64,000 bases of DNA from Mantamonas sphyraenae STR306 (GCA_026936335.1 JAPMXV010000037.1:62001-126000); one strand, 5' to 3'. Counted from the first letter of the stretch, positions 37,884 through 49,885 are shown. Numbers and translations: made by a program. Notes: generated by a model not told the origin, from the letters alone.

Positions 37884-39704
37884 CTAAGCCAGGGGCTGGG
37901 CATCAAATCCAGCTTCGGGACGAGTGCTTGCTGCGATTTGCATCTGATCACCGATGGCAGCCATCTGCTTGAGACCACAGCTGGGTGCAGACACCAAAAA
38001 GATGAATCCCATGGCCAGTAACGTCATAAATGCCCAGTAGGGAAGCAGCATTCCCACTCGAGCGGCTTCCACCGAACCGAAAAGCGGGTTGTTTGTGAAC
38101 CGCGGTCGGATGGCGGCGATGCTGTCCGAATGTTTCAGGAACAGCACAGGGTCCATGGCTCCACGCACTTCCACCATCGTGGATGTCTGACCGGCCTTGA
38201 AATCAATCCACCTGTCCGGAATCACCTCGGTCGCATTCGCTTTGAACGATGCATCCGTGCATCCGTAGGTGCCGTACGTGCTGTTCACACTGTACGTCTC
38301 TCCCAGCTGCTTCTCACTCCCAATCATCACACACAGGGACTCAGCGATCTGCTGCTTCCCGTCCAACGTACGGAACGGCTTGGCTTTGAAAGTCATAGTT
38401 TGTGCTGTGTCTGGTGTGGCTCCCGGCCTCACAACCACGGTATAATCCATGATCTTGTCGTTGCCAAAGTCGGACAGTGTGTGGTTGACCTCGGCACTCC
38501 AGAGTGAGCCAAACACCTCGTAGAAGGCAAACGTGAAGCGGATGCGACTCAAGAAGTCCGAGTCACCCATCGCACGGTCGACGAGGGTTGCATTGAACCC
38601 ATTGACCTGCACACCAGCAAGCGAATCGATGTCATTGAAGCCCGAGAGGCCCCACTTCCAGGTCTCAGCCATGCCAAACTCGTTCGAATCGACGACTTGG
38701 CTAACACCAACATCAGTCGGGGTGACTGCAATGGCGACGATGAGACACAGGAAGCCAGCAACGATGCTGAAATAGCCACAGCATGCGGGCGGATGTGGCT
38801 GATGTTTGGCCATGCGCACAGACACGGCCTTGGGCAGGTACAGGGCTGCAAAGAGCAGAAAGAGGCCGATTGCACCGAGCAGGTTTGTGACAAAGCTGCC
38901 TGGGGGGTTGGTGTTGTATCCCGGGTGTGTGGTCAGCGGGTTCCGGGTGCTTGTGTCGATGGGACCAGTCTGGGAGGCCAACCACACGGTGGGGTCCTTT
39001 GCAGAGCGCCCATCGAGACGCAGAGTATAGTTTGTGCCAGCGGTGACTTCAGTCCACTCGTACACCAGGTCAGCGTTGGTGGCCCCTTGGACGTTGGGTG
39101 GGAAGCAGCGGCTAGTCGAGATTCCGGAGCAAGCGCCACACAGCTTTGTGGCCACATACTGCTTTCCGTTGATGGTTTGCCACGGATTCAGCGAGAATGT
39201 GGATGAACCAGTACCGCACACTTTTGCATCGACAGTGATGCCTGAGTTGAATGTCGTTCCCAGATTGCGGGAGTGCCGGACAACACGGTTCGTTTTGAAG
39301 AGCTTGTCCATGATGGGGGTGGCACCCTTGCTTCTCCACATCGCCTGATCCTCAATGGCACTGGATGCGATGCAAGGGACGTTCGGAGAGGCGCACTGAG
39401 CTGCAGTGGCACCTCCTGCTACAGGAAGGCCGTCAAATGGTTTCCCGGACCACATCCAGTCCACGGTGTGGTTCTGGAAGCCTGGCAAGAACTGGTTTGC
39501 AGGACGCGTCAGCTGGCCCAGGGACACCGTCGGCACAACCACAGCGAGTGGCGGGCCCAGGAACAGCAGGCAGGCCAAGGCGAAGCCCACAATGATCAGG
39601 AAAAGCTGCACGAGCGTGATCCGTTTCTTTTCCTCTTTGCTTCGTCCAAGCGATTGGAAGAAGCCTTTGGATCCGACGGTGAAAGTATAGTCCTGCTGCT
39701 GCAT
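37884..39704 (-). CDS. Orphan 4-TM glycoprotein, paralogue B (ORF open to an ATG at 39815)
   Basis: Tandem duplicate of paralogue A at offset 2107. Confidence 0.8.
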   Translation of the reverse strand: MQQQDYTFTVGSKGFFQSLGRSKEEKKRITLVQLFLIIVGFALACLLFLGPPLAVVVPTVSLGQLTRPANQFLPGFQNHTVDWMWSGKPFDGLPVAGGATAAQCASPNVPCIASSAIEDQAMWRSKGATPIMDKLFKTNRVVRHSRNLGTTFNSGITVDAKVCGTGSSTFSLNPWQTINGKQYVATKLCGACSGISTSRCFPPNVQGATNADLVYEWTEVTAGTNYTLRLDGRSAKDPTVWLASQTGPIDTSTRNPLTTHPGYNTNPPGSFVTNLLGAIGLFLLFAALYLPKAVSVRMAKHQPHPPACCGYFSIVAGFLCLIVAIAVTPTDVGVSQVVDSNEFGMAETWKWGLSGFNDIDSLAGVQVNGFNATLVDRAMGDSDFLSRIRFTFAFYEVFGSLWSAEVNHTLSDFGNDKIMDYTVVVRPGATPDTAQTMTFKAKPFRTLDGKQQIAESLCVMIGSEKQLGETYSVNSTYGTYGCTDASFKANATEVIPDRWIDFKAGQTSTMVEVRGAMDPVLFLKHSDSIAAIRPRFTNNPLFGSVEAARVGMLLPYWAFMTLLAMGFIFLVSAPSCGLKQMAAIGDQMQIAASTRPEAGFDAQPLA

Positions 39705-39811
39705 GGGCGTTTCTTTGTTTTGGAGTTGACGTGCATGGACGAGCGCAAACGCAATTCGGAACGAACGAAGGTTGCGGGGATGGGACACTTCCCGGATCAC
39801 CTTGTCTCTGC

Positions 39812-42106
39812 TCATTCATTTTTCTCCTCCACAGCCACCGAATCCACGTGCAAAACCTGCATCTCGAATCCCTCGCTGCCACCAAGATCTCCGTCGTCGT
39901 CGTCGTCTTGCCCAACTCCTGCTGCGGCTGCCTCGGCATATGTGCTCGGGCCGCTCTTGTCACCGTTTCCTCCACGATTGCGAGGCAGCTGCTTGCTGCG
40001 GCGACGTCCCACTGCCTCTTCCTCGGCCCAATCGTTGCCATCGTCCCGGTCAATGATATCGTCTGTGCCCATTGGGTCGTCGTCTTCGTCATCATCGTTC
40101 ATGTCATACAAGTCATCTCCTTGCGTTCGAGCGTGGCCGCTAACGGGCGGCAGATGCACGTCCTCCTGTGCAATGAGAAAGGGCTTGAGCACGCGTTTGT
40201 CAAAACCCTTAAAGTAGGCAGCAAAACCTGTGTAGGCGGCTGGCCTGAGGACGCGACGGCCGGGCGAGTCGACGCCCACCTCCGCGCGAGCATTGGCAGC
40301 CTCGCTGGCATCCAGATCGGCGTATGCATTCATCGACTCTTCGGCCGTTTTGATCTTCAGTCGACCCAGAAGCATCGACGTGGTGCCGCCCAGACCAAAC
40401 ACGGTGAAAATGACCACCGAAAGCGTGGTGGTCACAATGGCATTCTTGTTGGCGGTGTCGTACGACAGCGCAAGGATAAACGCAATGGCCCCGCGCAAGC
40501 CAGCCCACCACATGATGATCTGGTTCTGCCAGCTGATTTTGACCTTCTTGCGGAAGTGGTTGACCAGCGCCGCCAAGGGAAACACGTTGAACACGCGCGA
40601 GATGAGGCAGATGAGGATGGTGAGGATGATGAGTCCCGGGTGGTACGAGTGTGAAAAGGAAAACACGGCAAGGCCAATGTAGGCAAACACCATCGTCTCG
40701 GCCAGATAGGCAAGCACCTGGAAGGCGTGCTTTGTGAAAATCTGCGTCTCGTGCTGGATGTTGTAGTACGTGTAGTGCGACATGGTGATGCCTGCAAACA
40801 GCAGTGCCACAATGCCCGACATCCCGGCCGCCTCGGCCACCAGGTAGGGCGTGTACGCAAACAGGAACATCAAGCCCGTCTCCATCACATGGAAGCGTTC
40901 GATGTGCACGTGCTTGAAGAAAAGCGCAGAGAGCATGCCCACGGCAACACCGGTGGCAAACGAGCCCAGAAAGATGCCCAAGAACTGCCCGATGGCAGTG
41001 CCGACTGCGTCTGCGCCAAATTCCATGTCTGCCGGGAACGCAGCGAGGGTGCGAAACAGCACAATGGCCACGGCGTCATTGAGCACACTCTCACCAAACA
41101 CAAGGGCGTACAAAGTCACGTCAGCGTCCATGGAATGGAAGATGGCCAGCATGGTCACCGGGTCGACAGCGGAAATGAGTGCCCCAAAGCTGGCACTCTC
41201 CACAGGGGTCAGTGCGAAGGACCAACCCCACTGGCCAAACGCGTAGATGCAGCTGCCAATGATGAGCGTGCTGACAATGGTACCAAACACGGCAAACACC
41301 AGGATCGAGCCAAAGTTGCGGAAGAAATTGCGCTGTATGGGATGCGTGGGCAGGCATCACAGGCGTCCATTGGGTATGTTTACAAAGTGGGACGGGGTCA
41401 GTGGTGGTGGAGGTTGGTGTGTTGGTGTACACGCGGATGACGGTGGGACGGCAGCCGGTGGAGTTTGGTCACTTTGGCGCACACAGCACCGCGGAGGGCT
41501 TCCATGGTCGGGTCGGGACCCGATGGAAGCGTGGACGCAATTGCCGGACAATGGGAAGTGGCGCGCAGGGAAAGGGGAAACGCAAAGCGGATGGATGGGA
41601 AGGCCACGTACGCGCTTCATGTTGTACCCGGACTCGAAAATGATGGGCGGAAGCAGGAGGAGGAAGAAAGTCTCCTGGTCGAGTCGGGCGACCTGTTTGA
41701 GAACACGTTCGGAAGTGAAGCGAATGATGAGGCCAAACAGGGCGCCAATGAGGATGGAGGCACCGGTCTCGTGCAGATACTTGAACTTGGCGGCCTGGAT
41801 CTTGTAGGCGACGAGGATGCAGATGACAAGGACCACCAAGATGACCAGGATGGCACCGCTGATGGCACTCTCCTCCTGCTCGTCTTGGGCAGCATCGGAG
41901 GAGGCCCTGACGTGTGTTGCGTCGGGGCGGGCCTGTGGCAGGACGTCGTCGGACGGGGAGTTTGCGGTGTGGACGGCGGTGGGAGCAGCCAGAGCCAGGG
42001 CGGCCAGAAGGAGAAGGACGACAAGAGTGGTGGTGGTGGTTCGGTGGGTACTCGTACGGTTGCGAGTGCACGGGATGGTCAAGGAACACAGCGATGGGGA
42101 GCGCAT
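39812..42106 (-). CDS. Na+/H+ exchanger (CPA1, organellar NHE8/NHX-like), 2 exons
   Basis: FFLLLLPPIIFESGY, FGALISAVDPV, FGESVLNDAVAIVL and AGLRGAIAF. Signal peptide; intron about 41333-41611. Start codon uncertain. Confidence 0.92.
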
Positions 42107-42125
42107 GTTGAACCAACGGCCGAGA

Positions 42126-44816
42126 ATGCTGAGAAAGGTTGTCATTGGGAGCGCAGCTGCGGCGGCGGCTGTGTACGTGTCGTACCAGCTGTGGAATGCA
42201 TACGGACAGGGAGAGGAAGGCGAGGAAGATGAAACGGTGGCGGACACGGTGGACGTGGTGTTGGGCGACGACGAGGAGGGGGAGGTGGACAACACAGACC
42301 TGTCACTACTGGACACGGGCGGCAGCGGCGGACTGGAAGGCGCGCGCGGAGACGTGGGAACGCCGATTGTGCTAGCCGAGAGCATGCACCGGGGCAAAGA
42401 TGGAGGTAAGGCTAATGGCAATTGGGACCACACCATAACAAGCATGTACTGACTCGCCAAACGTGTGCAGTGGAGCTGTATACGCTGCAGTCGCCGTTTG
42501 CCGCGTGGCAAAGCGCGGGCTCGGGCGGCGGGAGCAGTGGGAACAGCCACGCAAGCAGCAGCAGCAGCAGTGGAAGAGACGTGTATGGCACGGGCCAAGG
42601 CGACGCCCCATGGCTGGCGCCGCTGTGGTATTGTTCCGGGTTGACTGGGTCGATGCACACGCTGCTCTCCGAACTGCGCGTAGAGTTGCAGGCAGTGACC
42701 AGCGACGCTTCATGTTTGCTGGCCAGCACAGAGGATGGCGACTTGGTGTGGTGTGACCTCTGCGGCGACCCGAGCGACAAGCAACCTGGTGTGGTGAGCC
42801 ACAACGCACACGCGGGGCCGATCACCTCGGTCGCCGTCTGTGCAAGCAACACGCAGGTGGCCACCGCTTCGGCCGACAAACTGGGTACGTGTCAGAATTG
42901 GCACAGAGAGGCACATGGAAGGAAGGTGACGAGACTAACACACACACATGCACACACGTATTCCATGGGCAGTGAAATTGTGGAGTTGCACAGACAAAAA
43001 GGTGGTCAAGAGTCTGAAGCAACACAGGGACACAGTGACGGCGGTGGTGTTTGGTGACGACGGGCGCACTGTGTTTAGTGGCTCACGGGACAGCACAGTG
43101 CTGGCGTGGGACACACGAGAGTCGTCGGAAGCCATGCGTCATGTGAACCACGAAGGCCATCCGCTGCGACGTGTGGAGTTGGCTCGCGAGGTTGGAGACC
43201 ATCAGGGCGTGGCTGTGACCACACTTACGTACGACCCATCCACTCGCTGGCTGTTCAGCGGTGACGAAGAGGGCGATGTCAAGGTGTGGGACGTGGCCGC
43301 CGAACGCGAAACAATGGTCGCCTGCATGCGAGGCACAGGCCAAAAGGTGACCCACATGCGACTCGTGTACGGCGACGACGTCGATGAAGATGCAGACGAT
43401 GAAGACGGCGATGGCAACGAGGGCAAGGAGCAAACGGTGGACACGGAGTACACAGCAGATGCAAATGTGGAGCCCAGCCTGCAGCTGCTGGTATCGCATG
43501 GCGATGGACTGATTCGTGTGTGGGATGTGCACACGTGTGTGGTGCTCAGTGAGTATCAACAGTCGAGCGCACAAGAGTCGGGGGGATGCAGACGCTTCCT
43601 GGCCACGGTGACACCGGATGGGTCGCAGGTGGTGGGCATGTGTGCACAGGAGCCCAATCAGCCGCTGCACGTGTGGGAAGCAGACACAGCCTGCGAACTG
43701 GACTCGGTGGAGGATGACCAAGACCTCAATGGGTACAGCTACGGGTTGCTTAGCTCCTGCGATGCCAACGGCAGGCTGCAGGACTGGGTGTACCGTTGGG
43801 ACGACAAGGAAATCAAACTGTGGGACTGCGACAGACGCACGCTGTCCACCACACGCTTTAGCTCCGTGTTTGCCGTCGCACAGTCGAGTGACGGCGCCGA
43901 GGTCTACGCTGCGTACAAGGACGGCACAATCCGCGTGTTTGGAGCAAACAGCGGCAGTGTCATGGAAGAACTCAAAGCTGGCGACGAGGTGGAGCGTGTG
44001 TGGAGCCTGGACGTGCTGCAAAGCGACCGCCAGGGCTTGCTGCTGAGTGGCTCACAGCTGCACAGCGAAAAGCAAGGGTATCTGCGGCTGTGGGACGCCC
44101 GACGAGGCCAATTGCTGGCCCAAGTGGCTGCACATGGCGAAAGTGTCAACGCCATTGTGAATCTGGAGGGTGGGCGTGTGGTGACGGGTGGATCGGACCG
44201 CAAGGTGGGTGTGTGGCAGCTTACACAGACCAGCGAAGGCGATGAGGGAGGATGGACGCTGGAAAGGGTGCGCACTCTCAGTGGACATCGTGAACGCGTG
44301 TTGTGTGTGGACATGTACGGACCTACAGGCATGGTTGCGTCGGGGGCCCAGGACAGGACCATCCGGCTGTGGAACGCAGAGACGGGGGAGCAGGTGCATG
44401 TTCTGCGAGGCCACCAATCGCGAGTGTGGTCTGTCAAGTTCAGCTGGGATGGCACTCAGGTGGTGTCTGCTTCGTCGGACGGAACGGTTCGGGTATGGGA
44501 TGTCAAGAGCGGCCACGAGGTGCAGGAGTTGCAGGCCCACAAAGACCGTGTGTACCGCGCCTGTCTGGCCCAACGCGACCAAACCCTGCTTACGTGCTCG
44601 CAGGATTGCAGCGTGGGTGTTTGGCGCCGTGTCAAGAAGCGAGGGGTGCGCAGCGGGCCGTGGGAGCTTGTTGCGCGATTGCAGCTTGAAAACCCCGTGT
44701 ACGACCTTGCTGTGAGCCATGCCGAGCTTCAAGACGAAAAAGGCATCCGTATCATGTGTGGCACACGCAGGGGTGGTTTGTTGGCATTGGAATTGGCCAA
44801 AGCCAGTTCATTCTGA
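42126..44816 (+). CDS. WD40 multi-propeller protein with N-terminal signal anchor, 3 exons
   Basis: Many WD repeats (SGSRDSTVLAWD, ASGAQDRTIRLWN, SASSDGTVRVWD). Introns about 42406-42470 and 42885-42972. Confidence 0.85.
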
Positions 44817-46228
44817 AGTGGATGAGGAGGATGAGGCGGCCGCTGTGTCGACCACGGCAATCATTTGATAGTAGGAAGAGTCGTAGTCGACGACTACACC
44901 GGCAATAGAATCCACCATGCGAGGCTGCTTCTCCTTGTACAAGTATTTGTGGCCCTCGACCTCCGGGTGGCCCAAGCGGCCGTTGGAGCCGCATCCCCAG
45001 GTCCACAGGTTGCCTCGCGAGTCCAAACAGCTGCTATGGATGCCTCCACACTGGACCTTGAGTACCTCTGCGCCCTCGTCACGCAGGGTGGCCACAAGCA
45101 CGGGCGAGAGGAATTCGGTGCCCTGTTTGACCCCACACTTCCATTTGTAGTTGTCGCCCCAGGCATAGACGGCGCCCGAGGCGGTGAGACAGAGCGAGTG
45201 CGAATGGCGTCCGCCTTGGTTGCCCGAGTATTGGATGACAGGGTCTGACTCGTCGACCCAAGGCCCTTGCACGAGTTTGGGCCTGTACGCAACCTTTTTG
45301 GTGCTCTTCTTGCCCAGACCCAGTTGGCCGTAGTCGTTGCGGCCCCATGTGTACAGATTGCCGTCCTGCGTGGTGGCACCCATGAATGTGTTGCCGCAGC
45401 CGACCGAAGTGAAGCGCACGCCCTCAACGGCAACTTCGGTGGGAACTTTGACGGCGCGGTGTTTGTTGTTGATGCCCAGCTGGCCGTACACATTGTTGCC
45501 AAAGGTAAAGAGCTCACCCTGGGAGGTGAGCACGGCGCTGTACTGGTACCCTGCGGCGAGGGAACTGACGCCAACACCGTCCAGCGCTTCCACGCGTGTG
45601 GGCTCGTACACAGCATCGGTGTGGCCCAAGCCCAGCTCCCCCATGGAGTTGGAGCCCCATGCGTACACTTCACCATTGTCTGTGAGGGCCAGCGAGTGCC
45701 AGTCGCCGACAGCGAGCTCGACAACCACCTTGTCGGCCAGATTGCCCTCGATCAACTTGGGCTCCAGCAGGTCCTCTACGTCGCCATGACCCAGGCGACC
45801 AGTCTTGCCTGTTCCCCACGAGTACAGCTTGCCGTCGTCTGCGATCCAAGGCGAGTGAGAAAGAGTCCTTGGGGCGCGGGCCGGGAACAATTCTGAGGAC
45901 GAGCGCGAGCCGTTGCGGAAAGGGGAATTCAAACGTGCGAGGTGTGCATGTGGACAGGGCAAGGGGGAAAGACGCAAGGTATGGACGAGGTGATTGCCCA
46001 TGGAAGAAGTGTGTGGGGGAGGGACAACGTACATGTCATGGCAGTGAGGAAGAGGGCGCCTGCACGGACGGCGACGACTCCTTTGCGGTTGAGCTCTTTG
46101 ATGACGGCCGGTACAAGGACGTCCTGGCAGTGGATGCCCTTGCCCTTGGGTTTGAGTTTGTCCAGCCCCCAGTATACCACTTGTGTCTTGGGTTTACCCG
46201 ATGACGTGGTTGCTTCACGCACGGACAT
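44808..46228 (-). CDS. RCC1/BLIP-II repeat protein, 2 exons
   Basis: Repeats GKLYSWG..GRLGHG, GEVYAWGSNSMGELGLG and GNLYTWGRNDYGQLGLG. Intron about 45839-46032. Confidence 0.9.
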
Positions 46229-46440
46229 GTGTGTGTGTGTGGGGTTGGTTTGGTGTGGCCGGAGTTTGCGCCTCGCCCACATTTTGACGTCTGCAAGTGT
46301 GCAAGAGAACAACAACGGTGTGGAAAGGGGCGGTGGTGTCGGGGAACACTGGGGTGATGGCCATGAGTGGATGAGACTGGGTTGGTTTCCGCGCCCGAAC
46401 CACACCAACTCGAAAACCTCGGAAACTCGCAACCTCAGAA

Positions 46441-49069
46441 ATGTATGCAAAACCCACCACAGAGCCCATTCCACGCAGAAGAGGACACTGACACGACCAC
46501 ACGCACATCACAACAGGTCTTTGCGCGAAATCTTTCCTGTGTTCAGCTGGGTATGTGACGACGAGCGTGTGTTTTTTTTTTCTGGCGGGTTCGCGGCCAC
46601 ATTGCTGTGCAACACACGCACAGCGTGTGCAGCCGCTGTGGACTGTATTGTGTGCATGGAGACGTCTAGACCGTGGCTAGGGTGCATGTGTGTGTTGGGG
46701 TCTGTCCACAGCGGGCTGGAGGCACAACCACCAGACGTGTTGTGTGGGAAAAGTCTCCGAACGACGCGCGCCCTGGTTGTGTCGCCGAGCTGAGCATTGG
46801 CGCCACCGTGGTTTTGGGCCGCTTCCGCGCAAGGGAAGACACGCACACCATGTTGCACACCATCCTCCTTGTATGCTGCACTGTGCGCATGCGCCTATTC
46901 ACTTGGGCGTGTGTCTGGCTGTCCTTATCCACAGGGTGGGCAGTGGGAATTGCCGCTCTGAGCATGCAGAAATTTGGGCTGGCGCGCGTGTGTCCCGATA
47001 CAGATGCATGTGTGCCACCCAACCATACGCATGTGCACCCTTTCTGTGTTTGTGCAGCCCACACAATTTCATGTGTCCAGCCACTGTGCTTTCTGCTGCC
47101 GCCCAGGCCTTGGTCGCCGTTGGGCCGTTGGCCGTTGCTCAGGAAGTGCAGCCCCCCCTTTTTTCCTGGATTTCCGCCCCGCGCCCGCGTCGTGTCTGCA
47201 CGCTGTCGCACGCGGCCCACGGACCACAGCACGCATCTACACAATGTGCATCGCACGCCGATGTGCTGCATGGGCCACGCAGCCCTCTCCAGCATGCCAC
47301 ATGGCCTCGCCCACGGCCTCCAGCTCGCTCGCGGAACAAGACGCTGACCCTCTCTCGCAACTTTTTCATTCCATCCACAGGGCTTCTCTCTGCGCCGCTC
47401 CAAGTTCTTGGTGCCTCTGTTTGCCAACAACATCTTTACGCACGGCAACGCGGCTGTGTCCACCTACTTCTCTGCTGGTGATCTCGCCGCCAAGGTGCAG
47501 AGCGAGACCCAGGTGGGCTCGTCCCACCACAACCCGGTGCTGCGCGCCGAGTTCCAGTCCTTCAGCGCCCCCGACCCGCTCATGGTCGACGAGGACGAGG
47601 ACGTGAGCGTGGACGACACCCCCAACGCCAACCCCAACGTCAAGTTCACCACCAAGCTCAAGCCCATGCCCAACGAGGAGCTGCCTCCTGCCTGTGGCAT
47701 CGACCCGCCCGAAGTGGTCAACGCCCCGCTCACCGACGCCCAGGCTGCCAACGAGTACGCAGCCATGAGCGACCAGCAGATTGTCGACCTCGTCCTCGCC
47801 GGCGAGCTGCCGCCGCACAAGCTCGAGAAGGCCCTGGAGGACCTGACTCGCGCCGTGCACATCCGCCGTCTGCTCACCCAGATGGACGTGCAGGAGGTCG
47901 CCTCGTCCGATGACGTGTTTGCTCAGCTGCCCTACGAGAGCTACGACTACTCCAAGGTCATTGGCGCCTGTGCCGAGAACGTGGTCGGCTACGTGCCGAT
48001 CCCCGTGGGCATTGCCGGCCCGCTCATGCTCGACGGCAAGAAGATGACTGTGCCCATGGCCACCACCGAGGGCTGCCTTATTGCCTCCACCCACCGCGGT
48101 ATGAAGGCCATCACCGTCTCTGGCGGTGCCCAGAGCGAGGTTCTGGACAACGGCATGACTCGCGCCCCTGTCCTGCGCACCCCGTCCGTCCGCCACGCCG
48201 CACGCATTGCGCGCTGGCTGGAAGACCCCGTCAACATGGAAGCCATCAAGCAGGAGTTCAACTCGACCTCTCGTTTCGCTCGCCTGCAGGACATCCAGAC
48301 CAAGATTGCAGGCCGCACCGTGTTTCTGCGCTTCAAGAGCACCACGGGCGATGCCATGGGGATGAACATGATCAGCAAGGGTACGGAGAAGGCACTGAAC
48401 GCTCTGCAGGCTCAGTTTCCCGAAGTCGAGGTGCAGTCCGTCAGTGGAAACTACTGCACAGACAAGAAACCTGCTGCGCTCAACTGGATTCAGGGTCGTG
48501 GCAAGAGCGTGGTGGCCGAGGCAATCATCAAGGCCGACGTCGTGCGCGACGTGCTCAAGACAAACGTGGATGACTTGGTGGAGCTCAACAAGAGCAAGAA
48601 CCTGATCGGGTCGGCGATGGCTGCGTCCATCGGCGGCTTCAACGCACACGCAAGCAACATTGTAAGCGCCGTCTTTCTGGCCACGGGCCAGGATGTGGCC
48701 CAGAACGTCGAGTCGTCCAACTGCATTACGCTGATGGACCGTGAGGGAGACGACCTGCGAATTTCCGTGACCATGCCGTCTGTGGAAGTGGGTACGGTCG
48801 GTGGTGGCACGGGCTTGCCTGCCCAGAGTGCCTGTCTGGAGATGTTGGGTGTACGTGGCGCAAACTACGACGAGCCAGGCGCAAACGCCATTCAGCTCGC
48901 ACGAGTCGTGGCCGGCGCCGTCATGGCCGGTGAGCTGTCGTTGATGAGCGCTCTGGCCGCCGGTGACCTGGTCAAGAGCCACATGGAGCACAACCGTGCC
49001 GGTGCCTCGGCCAGCGACGCCTCCCCGAACAAGAAGGTGGTTGCACGCATTGAGGAGATCGACGCCTGA
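46441..49069 (+). CDS. HMGCR: Class I HMG-CoA reductase without sterol-sensing membrane domain, 3 exons
   Basis: [30 protein letters not shown] and KSHM. Model AT|46443-46516|GTCT...TGG|46551-47380|GGC gives [24 protein letters not shown]. The catalytic exon is certain; the 5' exons are inferred. Confidence 0.93.
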
Positions 49070-49170
49070 TTCCGATTCCTCGACGCCACACACACACAAA
49101 TGGAGCAACCCTTTGACATTTATTGTCCTTTTGTCCTTTTGACACTTTGTGCACAAGCACACGTTGCAGC

Positions 49171-49785
49171 TCACGATGCCTCGAGGGTCAACAGTTGCGG
49201 CCCATCGCTTCCATCGTCCTCGGAGCTGAGTCCGAACAAATCCTGCGCCAGAGCAACGACAAACTGGGCGCGGGCTTGCTGTAGATCCGCGTCTGGTTTG
49301 ACCTCGGGGCTTGGAATGGATAGAAAGCGGTAGGAGTCTGGGGTGGTCGTGGCCATGCCGGTCGATTCTTCTTTGCTGGCGGCAGCCTCTTCCTTGCCCT
49401 TTGCACGGCTCTTGACGTGTTTGAGAAAGTTGATCTTTTCTTCGCGCATAGCTCGAATGGCTTCTGCACGGTCTGCCTGGCTGTGGCCCAGGGAGGCGAC
49501 GTCCTGCTGGGCGTGACCAAAGAGAGAGCTTGTTTTCTTGGGTGCCTGATGGGACAGGAAGGAGAGCTTGTCTGAAACGTCGAATGAGGAGGAGTCCAGG
49601 CGAGTCGCTCTGGGCGGTAGGATGGTCCGCATGTTGTGATGGGTCTTGTGGTCAAGAACTTCGGCGCCTTCGTGGTGGCATTCCTCGCAAAGGTCAAAGT
49701 CATCGCATTCTGTGCACTTGTAGCGGACACCAACAAAGTCGCTGCTGTCACACGCGTCGCATGTGACCCCATGGTGGCGGAACAT
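49171..49785 (-). CDS. ZZ zinc-finger protein, KCMF1-like
   Basis: MFRHHGVTCDAC...RYKCTECDDFDLCEEC...H...H ZZ domain; C-terminal RAQFVVAL helix. Confidence 0.8.
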   Translation of the reverse strand: MFRHHGVTCDACDSSDFVGVRYKCTECDDFDLCEECHHEGAEVLDHKTHHNMRTILPPRATRLDSSSFDVSDKLSFLSHQAPKKTSSLFGHAQQDVASLGHSQADRAEAIRAMREEKINFLKHVKSRAKGKEEAAASKEESTGMATTTPDSYRFLSIPSPEVKPDADLQQARAQFVVALAQDLFGLSSEDDGSDGPQLLTLEAS

Positions 49786-49885
49786 TGTGTGTGGTTGGCT
49801 GGAAGGGCGCAGTGGGGAGCAGGCGAATTGCACGGACTGTGGGAGTGGCGCACATAGAGAACGGGCGAGAAACACAGTCACCAGA

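Noticed and set aside
46745-46985. GGAAAAGTCTCCG and CAGAAATTTGGGCT resembling RNase P/MRP CR-I and CR-V
   Set aside because: The two segments cannot form the required P4 helix; no TPP riboswitch core was seen either.
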